Shown here in pieces: positions 17,776 through 27,101 of a stretch of DNA of 64,000 bases. A program made the position numbers and the translations under genes. The stretch is taken from contig DATIHN010000016.1 in the NCBI GenBank assembly GCA_035480635.1, positions 76,017 through 140,016 of the forward strand, written 5' to 3'. Source of the DNA: Candidatus Saccharimonadales bacterium (GTDB taxonomy: Bacteria > Patescibacteriota > Saccharimonadia > UBA4664 > DATIHN01). Positions within the stretch are counted from its first letter, which is position 1. Each line of letters opens with the position of its first letter. The notes under the pieces are model-generated. The model ran no database searches. It saw only the letters and a program-made list of their open reading frames with translations, and was not told the origin of the DNA.

Positions 17776-19020
17776 TTAATAAATGTAGCGGAACTCGCTG
17801 GCTGGTACCGTTCGCGACGAGATGTGGTTCCAACCGCCGTTGTAATTCATTTCCGAAACCGTCACCATGCCGCCCGAAACTCCCTCAACATAGGCCACAT
17901 GGCCGTAGTAACCACCGGAGGTCCAAGCGATGGCGCCGGCGGCCGGGGCTGAGCCCACGGCGTAACCGCTAGCTTTGGCATTGTAATACCAGGCAGCAGC
18001 ATTGCCCCAGTTACTGGGCACATAGCGGCGGCTAGCCACGTAGTAAGTGCAATAACCATAGGCGTAACCATTACCGCTGAAGGCCAACCGAGGCAAGAGG
18101 CGGCTGTTACGCCCGCTGGTAGCGATAGCAATGTTGGTGGCGGCCTTGGCAGCTGGAGCATCAGCTTTGACGCCATCGGGGATGATAATTTGTTGGCCAG
18201 GTGTTAGACCCTTAACCTCAGCATCATTAAAGCTCAGGATTTGAGCGGCATTCGATTGATATTTAGCCGCCAAACTATCGGCCGTATCGCCCCCTTGAAC
18301 GGTGTAGAGCAAGCCACTAATCGGCAAAATAGTTAGGGCTTGACCGGGCTTGATGTTATCAGAGTCAGTTAAATTATTAGCCCACTTAATGGTGGCGGTT
18401 GTGACATTAAATTTAGCCGCGATACCGGAAAGGGTATCGCCATCGGCCACGCTGTAATTAATAATAGTGTGCTGATCGGCCCCGCTGGTGGCAACGGCCT
18501 GTCGTTTATTCAAAAAGTCACTACTGGAAGTAGGTAGGGATATTTGCGCGCTCAAAGCCGAAGCGGTCTGATTAGCATCGGAAGCAATCGTCAAATTAGT
18601 TTTGGCTGCTACCACTGCTGCCACATTGGCAGCCGAAGCCTCATCCAAAACTGAACCCAGCCCAGCCGGAGAGTTAATTAAACTGGCTTGATGGCTCGAA
18701 GCCGAGCTCCCAGCCACAACCACGAGTGTAATTGCGCTGGCCACTGCCACGTGCAAACTAAGCCTTTTGGCAGTTGGTTGAGCCAGGACTGTGCGCACAT
18801 TCTTAACTTGGTTTTCAGTTGCTCGGGCTAGTTCGGCCGAGCGGTTTTTGGCGTCTGTTAAACGTGGGAGTTTTGTTTTAGAGATGGACTCGGCTGCTCC
18901 GGTTCCAAGCTGCCAGGTGGCAGGCGGGAACGATTCGAGGGAGCCGCTGAAGGCTTCTCTACTAATGTGATTTCTCCACCCCAAGCCGGTATTACTACCG
19001 ATTGGGAAACTAAGGGCCAC
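17776..19020 (-). CDS. peptidoglycan hydrolase: two LysM domains plus a C-terminal CHAP (NlpC/P60-like amidase/peptidase) domain
   Basis: LysM repeats (YTVQGGDTADSLAAKY…, YSVADGDTLSGIAAKF…). CHAP region CTYYVASRRY…GHVAYVEGV with the catalytic Cys/His. GTG start with an AAGGAAG RBS. Confidence 0.8.
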   Translation of the reverse strand: MALSFPIGSNTGLGWRNHISREAFSGSLESFPPATWQLGTGAAESISKTKLPRLTDAKNRSAELARATENQVKNVRTVLAQPTAKRLSLHVAVASAITLVVVAGSSASSHQASLINSPAGLGSVLDEASAANVAAVVAAKTNLTIASDANQTASALSAQISLPTSSSDFLNKRQAVATSGADQHTIINYSVADGDTLSGIAAKFNVTTATIKWANNLTDSDNIKPGQALTILPISGLLYTVQGGDTADSLAAKYQSNAAQILSFNDAEVKGLTPGQQIIIPDGVKADAPAAKAATNIAIATSGRNSRLLPRLAFSGNGYAYGYCTYYVASRRYVPSNWGNAAAWYYNAKASGYAVGSAPAAGAIAWTSGGYYGHVAYVEGVSGGMVTVSEMNYNGGWNHISSRTVPASEFRYIY

Positions 19021-19299
19021 GTCTTCCTTGCAAAATTGCGAGCAGAAGGACTTCGACCTTAGGTTAATACCTTCGTATCGACGTTGCCTCTAGGTAACCA
19101 ATGAGCAAAAACTATAGCCACAAGGCAATAAGCTAATGCTTATTAATGTACTTGTTAAGGATAACAAGGCCACTTTAACCTGTCAACCGTAGCTAAACCG
19201 CACAACTCACGTATGTCAAACATGACAATTCAGCTTGGAATATAAATGAAAACGGCGGCTCGAGATTGCTCTCAAGCCGCCGGGGTCTTGGCTGGCTAA

Positions 19300-20094
19300 C
19301 TAGCGAGCAAAGACGTTGCGGATGATCTCATCATCGCGTACCCATGCCAACCAACAGTCTGGATCGTGAACCCTAGCAGGAAGTGCCGTGGGTTCCACGT
19401 CACGTACTGGCCGATAGTTGGGACCCATGTTGGAGCCCAGGGTCGTGACTACATCCAGATAATGCTGCCCGACTGCGATCGGCTGGCCACAACCAGCACA
19501 ATTGGTCTGCAAACCTTCCGGAACTACCAGATAGGTTAACTGGAATGCTGAGTTGTCGTGGCCGTCGTATAGATCAGGGTGGGTAAATCGCGCCATAGCA
19601 AAGATGGCCCCATCACGATAGGCCTCCAAACGTGGTAACCCACAGTTTGTCATAACCCCGAAGAATCCGCTGCCGGTTCCAAGATTCGCTTGACCTAAGA
19701 CTGCCTCGCAAGCTTGGTTGAGGTCCATGCCCTGCCGCAACAGTTCGGTTATGGCTGGTGGTACCAGCATCGATGGAGTGGCACCCCAACCCAGCCGACC
19801 TCCGCGGTCAACAATTGCGATCCAGCCGCACTCCATAATCGAGCCACTTTCACTCCACAACCCACCCTCCATACCCACACCGAAATCGGCTGTAGATTGG
19901 GTCATGGCATTTCCAGCTCGAGTCAGCGCACCCAAACGAGCAGTTGCCATCGTCATTGGTTGATCTGGAACCCCAGAATCGACGCTTCGGCCGAAGACAT
20001 CCCAGTGTTTTTCAGGCCAAACTTTCGTGAAAGCCTGCAGGGTCGCCGCAATTTTGACTGGGTTGGTTGTGCCAACACATACGCTTGGCATCAT
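19300..20094 (-). CDS. yjjX: inosine/xanthosine triphosphatase (YjjX family) with a ~90-aa C-terminal extension
   Basis: N-terminal ~175 aa align with YjjX (TTNPVKIAATLQAF…VDSGVPDQP…GFFGVMTNCGLPRLEAY). The extra C-terminal region contains CAGC…DPDC. Locally higher GC than neighbours. A Rho-independent terminator follows at ~19265-19300. Confidence 0.65.
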   Translation of the reverse strand: MMPSVCVGTTNPVKIAATLQAFTKVWPEKHWDVFGRSVDSGVPDQPMTMATARLGALTRAGNAMTQSTADFGVGMEGGLWSESGSIMECGWIAIVDRGGRLGWGATPSMLVPPAITELLRQGMDLNQACEAVLGQANLGTGSGFFGVMTNCGLPRLEAYRDGAIFAMARFTHPDLYDGHDNSAFQLTYLVVPEGLQTNCAGCGQPIAVGQHYLDVVTTLGSNMGPNYRPVRDVEPTALPARVHDPDCWLAWVRDDEIIRNVFAR

Positions 20095-20310
20095 GCCTCC
20101 AATTCGAACGTCAAAGAACTGACTAATTGTTAAATAAAATTGGGGCTATTTCAAGCCTGAGCGTGATATTGTTTTTTGAGTTTTAGTCTAAGGATCCAAT
20201 GCGCATTAGATGTTTCGACAAGCTCAACATGACAGGCTATGAGATTGCCGCGTCGTTTTACTCCCTCGCAATGACAATTGAAAATTGATACTTGGGAATT
20301 GACAACTCTA

Positions 20311-21306
20311 CTACAAATATTTGGCCACGTTGGCCTGGTGTTCAGCAAAGGTGCGGGCAAAATGGGTATTGCCGTCTTTGTCGGCCACGAAGTAGAGGTA
20401 ATCGGTGCTAGCCGGGTTAATAACGGCGTTGATGGCGCCTAAGCCGGGGTTAGCGATTGGGCCAGGCGGCAAGCCGGGGTGCAGGTAGGTGTTGTAGGGC
20501 GAAATTATTGATCGGATATTGGTGACGTTGGTTTGCCCATTGAGCTGGGCACCGTAAAGAGCCGTTACGTCGCTTTCGAGCGCCATACCAATCCGCAGAC
20601 GCTTCAAGAAAACTTGGGCCACAATCGGCCGATCAGCCGCATGAGCCACTTCACGTTCGATGATGGAGGCCATAGTAATACACTGGTGCAGGTTCAGGCC
20701 CTGTTTGGCGCAACCTGCGACCGTTTCAGACGTGATTTTAGTGCCAAAGTTATTCAACATGGCTTGAACGAGTTGATGAGGAGTGGTGCTAGGCGAAATT
20801 TCGTAAGTATCAGGAAAGAGATAGCCCTCGAGGCTGGCACCAGCTGGGCGGTCAATCAAAAAACTACCATTGTACGTATCGTGTTCAATGGCTGCCGGCA
20901 AATCACCGCCACGCAACCATTGGCTAAGAGCCGCGGCTTCAATTTGCTGGGTAGTTTCGCCCTCGCGGACCAAAAAGGCTTTGTTTACCACAATGCCACG
21001 AGCAATAATTTTGGCGTTGGTGGCTGCCGTGTCAGCTGGGGAGAGTTCATAGTAGCCGGCTTGGATCTTGCGACGCAAGCCGTGCAAAGTGACGTAAACA
21101 TTAAAAGCCCAGCGGCTGCGGATAATGCCAGCTTGTTGCAACTTGGCCGAAATAGCGTTGACCTTTTGGCCGGGGTCAATGCCAAAGGCGATGGGTTCTG
21201 CGAGCTTGGTGTTAGCCGGCCGCAGTTCATAGCGATAGCTAGCGTAGGCCGCCACAATTAGCAGCCCCGCGACTACACCAGCCCCAATCAGCCACCAGCG
21301 CTTCAA
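20311..21306 (-). CDS. mltG: endolytic murein transglycosylase MltG (YceG family)
   Basis: N-terminal TM followed by the YceG-like domain (…GYYELSPADT…, …LYFVADKDGNTHFARTFAEH). Confidence 0.8.
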   Translation of the reverse strand: MKRWWLIGAGVVAGLLIVAAYASYRYELRPANTKLAEPIAFGIDPGQKVNAISAKLQQAGIIRSRWAFNVYVTLHGLRRKIQAGYYELSPADTAATNAKIIARGIVVNKAFLVREGETTQQIEAAALSQWLRGGDLPAAIEHDTYNGSFLIDRPAGASLEGYLFPDTYEISPSTTPHQLVQAMLNNFGTKITSETVAGCAKQGLNLHQCITMASIIEREVAHAADRPIVAQVFLKRLRIGMALESDVTALYGAQLNGQTNVTNIRSIISPYNTYLHPGLPPGPIANPGLGAINAVINPASTDYLYFVADKDGNTHFARTFAEHQANVAKYL

Positions 21307-21677
21307 TGATTCTCCAAATAATCTTGTAGGATTTGGGCGGCCGCGGCATCGTCAACGGCTTGACCACTAGATGGTAGATTTTGGCTAGTGAGCGCCTCAT
21401 CCTGCAGTGTCACTGGCAAACCTAAACGTTCTAAATCTTGAGCAAACTGGCGCACCTCAGCCGTTTGGGCTGTGTCGTCGCCATCAAGGTTACGGGGCAA
21501 GCCAAGGACGATATCGGTAATGCCCTCCGAAGTAATCAGTGAACGCAGTGTGTCCACCAAGGGCAGATGGTCGCGTTCAATTATCCGCCAAGGCCTGGCC
21601 ACTTTGATGGCATCGTCGGCAATGGCTAGCCCAACGCGCTTAGCGCCATAATCTACCCCCAAAAAACGCCTAGCCAC
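21303..21677 (-). CDS. ruvX: Holliday-junction resolvase-like RuvX/YqgF
   Basis: LGVDYGAKRVGLAIAD N-terminus and the DExx core characteristic of YqgF. 124 aa. 4-nt overlap with mltG. Confidence 0.85.
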   Translation of the reverse strand: MARRFLGVDYGAKRVGLAIADDAIKVARPWRIIERDHLPLVDTLRSLITSEGITDIVLGLPRNLDGDDTAQTAEVRQFAQDLERLGLPVTLQDEALTSQNLPSSGQAVDDAAAAQILQDYLENH

Positions 21678-23361
21678 TAGTAGTTGCTACCTTAATTTCA
21701 ATCTTGATTTTGCTGGCCCGGCGCGGTAGTTTGGTATCCCAGCTCGGCCAGAGCGTAATCTCGGAATGATCAACACCGGGGGTCTTGTTGATAATATCCA
21801 TGGCATCCCCCAGCTTTTTGCCCTTAATCTGCTTGGCCAAGGCCGCAGTATCGATTTTGGGCCCAGCTGAGGCCTCGGCTGCAACATGAATATTTTGACT
21901 ACCACCCGTGTTCTTTTTAATGACTTGGAATTGGGCGCTAGCCGCTCCGTTATCGTAAATTTGGTTGCCCGGGCCAATCTGTTTAGTAATGTTTTGATCG
22001 AGCAGAGCGTTCAAGTCATCATTGCTAATGGCCAGAGCATCATAGTTGGCGGTGACTTTAACGGTGACATTGGCGGCTTCGGCGCCGACGGCCGGGATGC
22101 CGGAAACATTGCTAGGGGTTTGGGTCATAGTCTCGTTCATCATGCGGTAACCATCGGTAACTTTTTTGACCAAATCGGCCTGAGCACCGTCTTTGTCTTT
22201 GCTGAGCAAATCAGCTACGGCCCCATCGATGTCACTCTGCTGCACTACTGTGACAGTTTTAGTTGTACCCCCGCCCATTTGACCGCCCTGGAATTTGACG
22301 TTGAAGGCACCCGAACTGGGGATTGAGCCGACTGTGTAGCTAGTCGGGGCTAAGTTGTACGAATCACCGTTTTCGGCCGCCGTTACACCGACCGAAGCCG
22401 TCGTTGGGTGGCAGACACCACCGGAGATCGTGGCATCGGGTACAGCGATGGCTGAGTTACCCAAGAATCTGTGGCCATCGGCTGCCGTATAAACTGTCCC
22501 GGCCGCAATAGTACCGGGATTGTAGCAGTTATTGGTAATGGTGATGGTGCCGGTAGCTTTGGTGCCGGCGTCTTTTTTACCGGTGGCGGTCACCTGCTCG
22601 CTGAGGTCTTTGCTCGATTGGACTTCCTGAGCTTTGACGGTGCCGGCACTTATATTTGAGCTGGGTGCACTAGGGTCGGCTGTAAAAGTCGCTTCAGCCG
22701 GGACTTTGCTACCTTTAGCAAAAACCGTTACATTAGCGCGCTCTAGGAAAAAGTTCGCAAATAACAGGCCAAAAACGATGACCAGTGCCAACGCCCCCCA
22801 AAAGACGCGTTTTTGCATGGCGTTAAAGTCTGGCACCCGAGCCATCTTTTTGCTTTCAGCTGGCGAGTCACTGATAGGCTTCTTGGTCATGGTCGGTTTA
22901 TCGTCACTGGTGTCAGGTTTTTTGGTGTCTGTAGCTGGTGGCACAGCCTCGTCTTTGGCAGCAGCGGCTTTGGCCGCGGTTGCCCCAGCCGCCACACCCG
23001 CCATGGCCGCGGCCGTCTCTGGTCTGCCAGTTTCTTCGGTGCCGCCATCAATGACTTCGGTGGTGGGATCGGGTTCCTTGACGTTAGCTTCGGGCACACT
23101 GGCTTCGGCCCCCAATTTATCGGCGACGGCCAGCCCGACCCGACCGGCCAAATGACTGCTCAATCGATCAGTCGTAACCAGCACCAATTCTTTCTTGCTT
23201 TCGTCGGCGGCTTTTTTGAGCAATTTCAAGTTGATCATGCTCTGCAATAGCGTCGATCGCTTGGGTACCACAATCGAAACGTCGCCGGCCTGGCTGGCCT
23301 TTAGTTTTTCGACGGCGGAAGTAATGTCTTCGTCGTTTTCCAGATATAAAACGTCGCTCAT
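21670..23361 (-). CDS. bitopic membrane protein: ~190-aa cytoplasmic N-domain, one TM and a large Thr/Gly/Ala-rich extracytoplasmic domain (hypothetical; possible divisome-associated protein)
   Basis: TM helix VFWGALALVIVFGLLFANFFL. No FtsZ GTP-binding motif. Overlaps ftsA (4 nt) and ruvX (8 nt), so probably co-transcribed with ftsA. Confidence 0.55.
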   Translation of the reverse strand: MSDVLYLENDEDITSAVEKLKASQAGDVSIVVPKRSTLLQSMINLKLLKKAADESKKELVLVTTDRLSSHLAGRVGLAVADKLGAEASVPEANVKEPDPTTEVIDGGTEETGRPETAAAMAGVAAGATAAKAAAAKDEAVPPATDTKKPDTSDDKPTMTKKPISDSPAESKKMARVPDFNAMQKRVFWGALALVIVFGLLFANFFLERANVTVFAKGSKVPAEATFTADPSAPSSNISAGTVKAQEVQSSKDLSEQVTATGKKDAGTKATGTITITNNCYNPGTIAAGTVYTAADGHRFLGNSAIAVPDATISGGVCHPTTASVGVTAAENGDSYNLAPTSYTVGSIPSSGAFNVKFQGGQMGGGTTKTVTVVQQSDIDGAVADLLSKDKDGAQADLVKKVTDGYRMMNETMTQTPSNVSGIPAVGAEAANVTVKVTANYDALAISNDDLNALLDQNITKQIGPGNQIYDNGAASAQFQVIKKNTGGSQNIHVAAEASAGPKIDTAALAKQIKGKKLGDAMDIINKTPGVDHSEITLWPSWDTKLPRRASKIKIEIKVATTSG

Positions 23362-24620
23362 GCCTGAATCGCCTTGGTTAGTTTTTGGACCAGTCCCTCT
23401 GTAATACTACCAGTGTTTACGGCATCGAGCCCAAGGTTAGCTAGCCCCATTGGGGTAATGTCGGCATAGCTAGTTAGCTTGCCGGTGGTATCGTGAACTC
23501 GCGTGACTTCTGATGGCGAAATGTGACTGACGGTTGGCTTGCGAGCAAAAGGCAGGCTTTTATACCAAGTGCTGCCTTTGAGCGCTTGAACGATTTCAGG
23601 CAAACCAGTGCCACCACCGCAGAGCAAAATCTTGGAAGGCAAATGATCAACCTTATTAAACTCAGCTAGTGAAAGCTCGACGCCCGAGAGCCAAACCTCA
23701 ATATCGCCGGCCAAAGCTTCCTCCACTACTTTGCTATCAGCTTGATTTAGTTTGCCGCTAGCATAATCAAGTTTCATTTGTTCGGCACGCTCAAAACTGC
23801 TGCCCTTGGCTTGAGCGATGCGCTTGGTAAAACTGCGGCCGCCAATGGCAAACATTTTGGTGCCTTCAACACCACCATTATTAACAAGCGCAATATCGGT
23901 CGTTCCACCGCCGATATCGATGAAGATGGCACTAAATTCGGCCGAATCCTGTTCGCCGACCGATTTGGCCACCGCAAAGGGCTCGGCCGCAATGTTTATT
24001 AAGTTCAAATCCAAGTGGTTAGCCACGGCTTGGAGTGCGCCCAAATGAACCATGGGAGCGAAGGCGTTAAAGAGTTGGATACTAACGTCCCGGCCCTGGA
24101 AGCCGATCGGGTTTGTGACGCGGTAGCCATCGATTTGAACATCAACGATAGCAGTATTAACCAGCTTAACGTCAATTTCTTGGTAGCCGGTTTCCCAACT
24201 GAGCTGTTCCCGGGCCCGCTCAAAGGCTCGGTATTGGACCTTGTCCAAAATCTTTTTCAACTCTCCCATATCGATCGGGACTTGAGGGTTGGTTCGCTTA
24301 TATTTAATAGTGGTAGAGGCACCTTTGACCAGTTCGCCGGCAATACCAATGACGGCGTCTTTGGCCACCAGCCCACTCATATTTTCAGCTACTTTGAGAG
24401 CCGCATCGCAGTTTTCGACCACGCCGGCAATATCGGTCACGGCCCCAGACTGCATATCGGTCAAACGCTGGCGTTGGCGGCCAACGCCGACAATATCAAT
24501 ATGATTACCCTCGACTTTTCCAATCAGAGCTTTCACAAATTCAGTGCCAATATCGAGGGCCACCAAATACCTGGGCCCCGCCGGCCGTTTGGATAATTTC
24601 TGGAGTAATTTTAAAGCCAT
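23358..24620 (-). CDS. ftsA: cell-division protein FtsA (actin-like ATPase)
   Basis: YLVALDIGTEFVKALIG…IVGVG phosphate-1 motif. IFIDIGGGTTDIALV phosphate-2 motif. C-terminal amphipathic helix. 420 aa. Confidence 0.8.
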   Translation of the reverse strand: MALKLLQKLSKRPAGPRYLVALDIGTEFVKALIGKVEGNHIDIVGVGRQRQRLTDMQSGAVTDIAGVVENCDAALKVAENMSGLVAKDAVIGIAGELVKGASTTIKYKRTNPQVPIDMGELKKILDKVQYRAFERAREQLSWETGYQEIDVKLVNTAIVDVQIDGYRVTNPIGFQGRDVSIQLFNAFAPMVHLGALQAVANHLDLNLINIAAEPFAVAKSVGEQDSAEFSAIFIDIGGGTTDIALVNNGGVEGTKMFAIGGRSFTKRIAQAKGSSFERAEQMKLDYASGKLNQADSKVVEEALAGDIEVWLSGVELSLAEFNKVDHLPSKILLCGGGTGLPEIVQALKGSTWYKSLPFARKPTVSHISPSEVTRVHDTTGKLTSYADITPMGLANLGLDAVNTGSITEGLVQKLTKAIQA

Positions 24621-24681
24621 GGCTCCTTATAATTGTAACGCTTAGAGGGTGTTTTGGCTAACTTCCTAATAATTTTAACTA

Positions 24682-25158
24682 TTAAGCCCTATCTATTAAA
24701 TAACGGCTAAACGCAGCCATGTCTTCTTGGTAGGCTGTCAATTGTTCGGCTGTGACTTCGTCCGGAGTAGAACCTGGTTGCACTTTAAACGCACCGTAGA
24801 TACCTCTTTCTTGCAACCCAAGTCTGTGATTTGGGTCACGGTGTTGATTAAACTCAACCAATATCGGCTCAAACCGGGCACGTTGTTGTAGGTTTCGCTC
24901 GCGCCATTGCGCCTGCAGAACGGGATTATCCCTCCAACCCTCTGGCTCATCGGTTTCGATGTCAACATAGGGCAATGGAAATCCATCCAAATGCCCCTCA
25001 CATGAACCGCTAGTTTCGAAACCATTGAGCTTCAGGGCTACTACCGTCTCTTTAATGCGATCATCGATGGGTGTACCTAGTTTATCGGCAATTTGATCAA
25101 CTTCAGCACGGATGACATCGATGTCTTTTGGTTCATGGTCTGAAAGTTCTTCGGGCAT
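24682..25158 (-). CDS. hypothetical protein (158 aa from the internal Met, MPEELSDHEPKD…)
   Basis: The longer ORF (to 25269) would overlap the alaS 3' end. An internal ATG sits 2 nt after the alaS stop. Confidence 0.45.
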   Translation of the reverse strand: MPEELSDHEPKDIDVIRAEVDQIADKLGTPIDDRIKETVVALKLNGFETSGSCEGHLDGFPLPYVDIETDEPEGWRDNPVLQAQWRERNLQQRARFEPILVEFNQHRDPNHRLGLQERGIYGAFKVQPGSTPDEVTAEQLTAYQEDMAAFSRYLIDRA

Positions 25159-25160
25159 GC

Positions 25161-27086
25161 TTATTCTAAGATAGCTTTGATCCGCCGCACCCCGGCCGAG
25201 CTGGCTTCTTCTTTGATGATTTTGAAGTGGCCCAAAACGCCAGTGTGTTCCACGTGCGGGCCGCCGCAAAGTTCCATACTATAAGGTTTGGCTGGGTCGC
25301 CGATAGTGTAGACCTTGACGGTGTCACCGTACTTTTCGCCAAAGTGCCCGCGAGCTCCCATATCCAGAGCTTCTTTGGTTGGCATCTCCTTGAACGTCAC
25401 CGGCAGGTCAGCTTTGATAGCGTCATTAACGATCTTTTCGACCTCGCGCTGTTGCTCGGGCGTGACTTTACCGTGGTGGCTAAAGTCAAAACGCGTCCGC
25501 TCGGGCGTGATGTTACTCCCTCGCTGCTCCACATCATCACCCAAAACTGTTCGCAAAGCCTTGTACAGCATGTGGGTGGCAGTGTGGTATTTGATGGTTT
25601 TATCAGATTGGTCGGTTAACCCACCCTTGAACACACCCTTGGTGGCGGTGCGCGACCGCTCGCGCTGTTCGGTCATCAACTGATCAAAGTTTTCGCGCCA
25701 GTCATCTGCAAGTTGAATGTCCCTTTTCCCTGCCTCTTCAGCTGACAGTTCGGGTGGGAATCCATAGGTGTCAAAAAGCTTAAATATTAGCTCCCCCGTT
25801 AAGAGCAACGGACCCTCCACTTCGCTCCCATCCTTCTCGGATCCATAATGCAAGAATTCGAGCCTCAGTTTATCAAACTCTCGTAATCCTTTTCTTAGCG
25901 TTTGGCGGAAGACTTTTTCTTCGTGCTCCAGAATTCGGATAACTTTGTCTTCATGCTTAATTACTTCGGGGTAGGCGTCGCGATAAAGATTAGCCACCAC
26001 CGGTGCTACCTCGCGGATCAGGCCCTGCTCAATGCCTAGTTCGTGGCCGCGGCGAATGGCCCGGCGCAGTAACCGCCTCAGCACATAGCCCTGACCGGTG
26101 TTACTCGGCATGACGCCGTCGCAAGCCATAAAGACCGCACTGCGCATATGGTCGGCTATGATGCGTTTGGCTTCTACGTGATCTTGATACTTCTTGCCGC
26201 TAATTTGCTCCAGCTTCTCGATAATCGGCCACATCAGGCTGATCTTAAAGACATCCGAATTATCTAGCGCCGCCGCCGCAATCCGCTCTAGTCCGCCACC
26301 AAAATCAACGTTCTTGTGTGGCAGATCGACTAAACCGTCATCCTTAGTTTTGACATACTGCATAAAGACCGAGTTAGCGATCTCCAAGAAACGGCCGCAA
26401 TCGCAATTGGGATGGCAATGCATGCCCCACTTGGCGTCGTGTTCGATACCGTCAAACAAGTAGAAAACCTCGGCACTAGGGCCACAAGGATCCCCCACGG
26501 GGGTAGTTCGCGGGCCTTTTTCGCCCCGATTCCACCAGTTCTTCTTTACGTCATAGAGAAATATGCGTTCGTCTGGCTTGATTCCGCGATTGTAGCTGTC
26601 CGCTTCGGAACCCATTTCGGCCACCTTCGGGTCGATGCCTTTGTCTTTGAAAAGTTTGGTCCAAGTCTCCACGGATTCGGTATCGCGTGGGATTTTGTAT
26701 GTATCATCACCAATTAAAGCCGTGACGTAGAGTTTTGTTGGATCAAGTCCAACCACATCAGTCAAAAACTCAAACAGCCAGGGCAGCTGCTCGGCTTTAA
26801 AGTACTCACCCAAGCTCCAGTTGCCAAGCATCTCAAAAAAGGTGGTGTGGCGATTGTCGCCGACTTCGTCGATGTCTTCAGCACGAAAGCATGTTTGTGA
26901 ATTGACCAAACGGGTGCCGGACGGATGTTTCTGCCCCAACAAATACGGCAGCAGTGGCTGCATGCCGCTGCCAGTAAAGAGCGTAGTCGGGTCGTCTTGC
27001 GGCACCAAGTTAGCCCGCGGAATAATCGTGTGGTCTTTGGCTTTAAAGAAATCTAAGTATTTCTGGCGAATTTCGGAAGCGTTCAT
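25161..27086 (-). CDS. alaS: alanyl-tRNA synthetase, short form (catalytic and editing domains, no C-Ala domain)
   Basis: N-terminus MNASEIRQKYLDFFKAKDHTIIP. Editing-domain HxxxH (HTATHMLYKAL). 641 aa versus ~875 aa for the full-length enzyme. Confidence 0.9.
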   Translation of the reverse strand: MNASEIRQKYLDFFKAKDHTIIPRANLVPQDDPTTLFTGSGMQPLLPYLLGQKHPSGTRLVNSQTCFRAEDIDEVGDNRHTTFFEMLGNWSLGEYFKAEQLPWLFEFLTDVVGLDPTKLYVTALIGDDTYKIPRDTESVETWTKLFKDKGIDPKVAEMGSEADSYNRGIKPDERIFLYDVKKNWWNRGEKGPRTTPVGDPCGPSAEVFYLFDGIEHDAKWGMHCHPNCDCGRFLEIANSVFMQYVKTKDDGLVDLPHKNVDFGGGLERIAAAALDNSDVFKISLMWPIIEKLEQISGKKYQDHVEAKRIIADHMRSAVFMACDGVMPSNTGQGYVLRRLLRRAIRRGHELGIEQGLIREVAPVVANLYRDAYPEVIKHEDKVIRILEHEEKVFRQTLRKGLREFDKLRLEFLHYGSEKDGSEVEGPLLLTGELIFKLFDTYGFPPELSAEEAGKRDIQLADDWRENFDQLMTEQRERSRTATKGVFKGGLTDQSDKTIKYHTATHMLYKALRTVLGDDVEQRGSNITPERTRFDFSHHGKVTPEQQREVEKIVNDAIKADLPVTFKEMPTKEALDMGARGHFGEKYGDTVKVYTIGDPAKPYSMELCGGPHVEHTGVLGHFKIIKEEASSAGVRRIKAILE

Positions 27087-27101
27087 TGGTCTAATTGTAG
27101 C

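Noticed and set aside
19021-19260. Possible c-di-AMP (ydaO) riboswitch in the 5' leaders of the LysM-CHAP and rpf cell-wall hydrolase genes
   Set aside because: ydaO-type leaders are common upstream of such genes in Gram-positives, but I could not recognise the conserved ydaO core in either leader by eye. This needs a covariance-model search and is not reported as a feature.
20151-20360. 69-aa ORF overlapping the mltG stop
   Set aside because: It overlaps the mltG 3' end and has no RBS or conservation signal. It is probably spurious.
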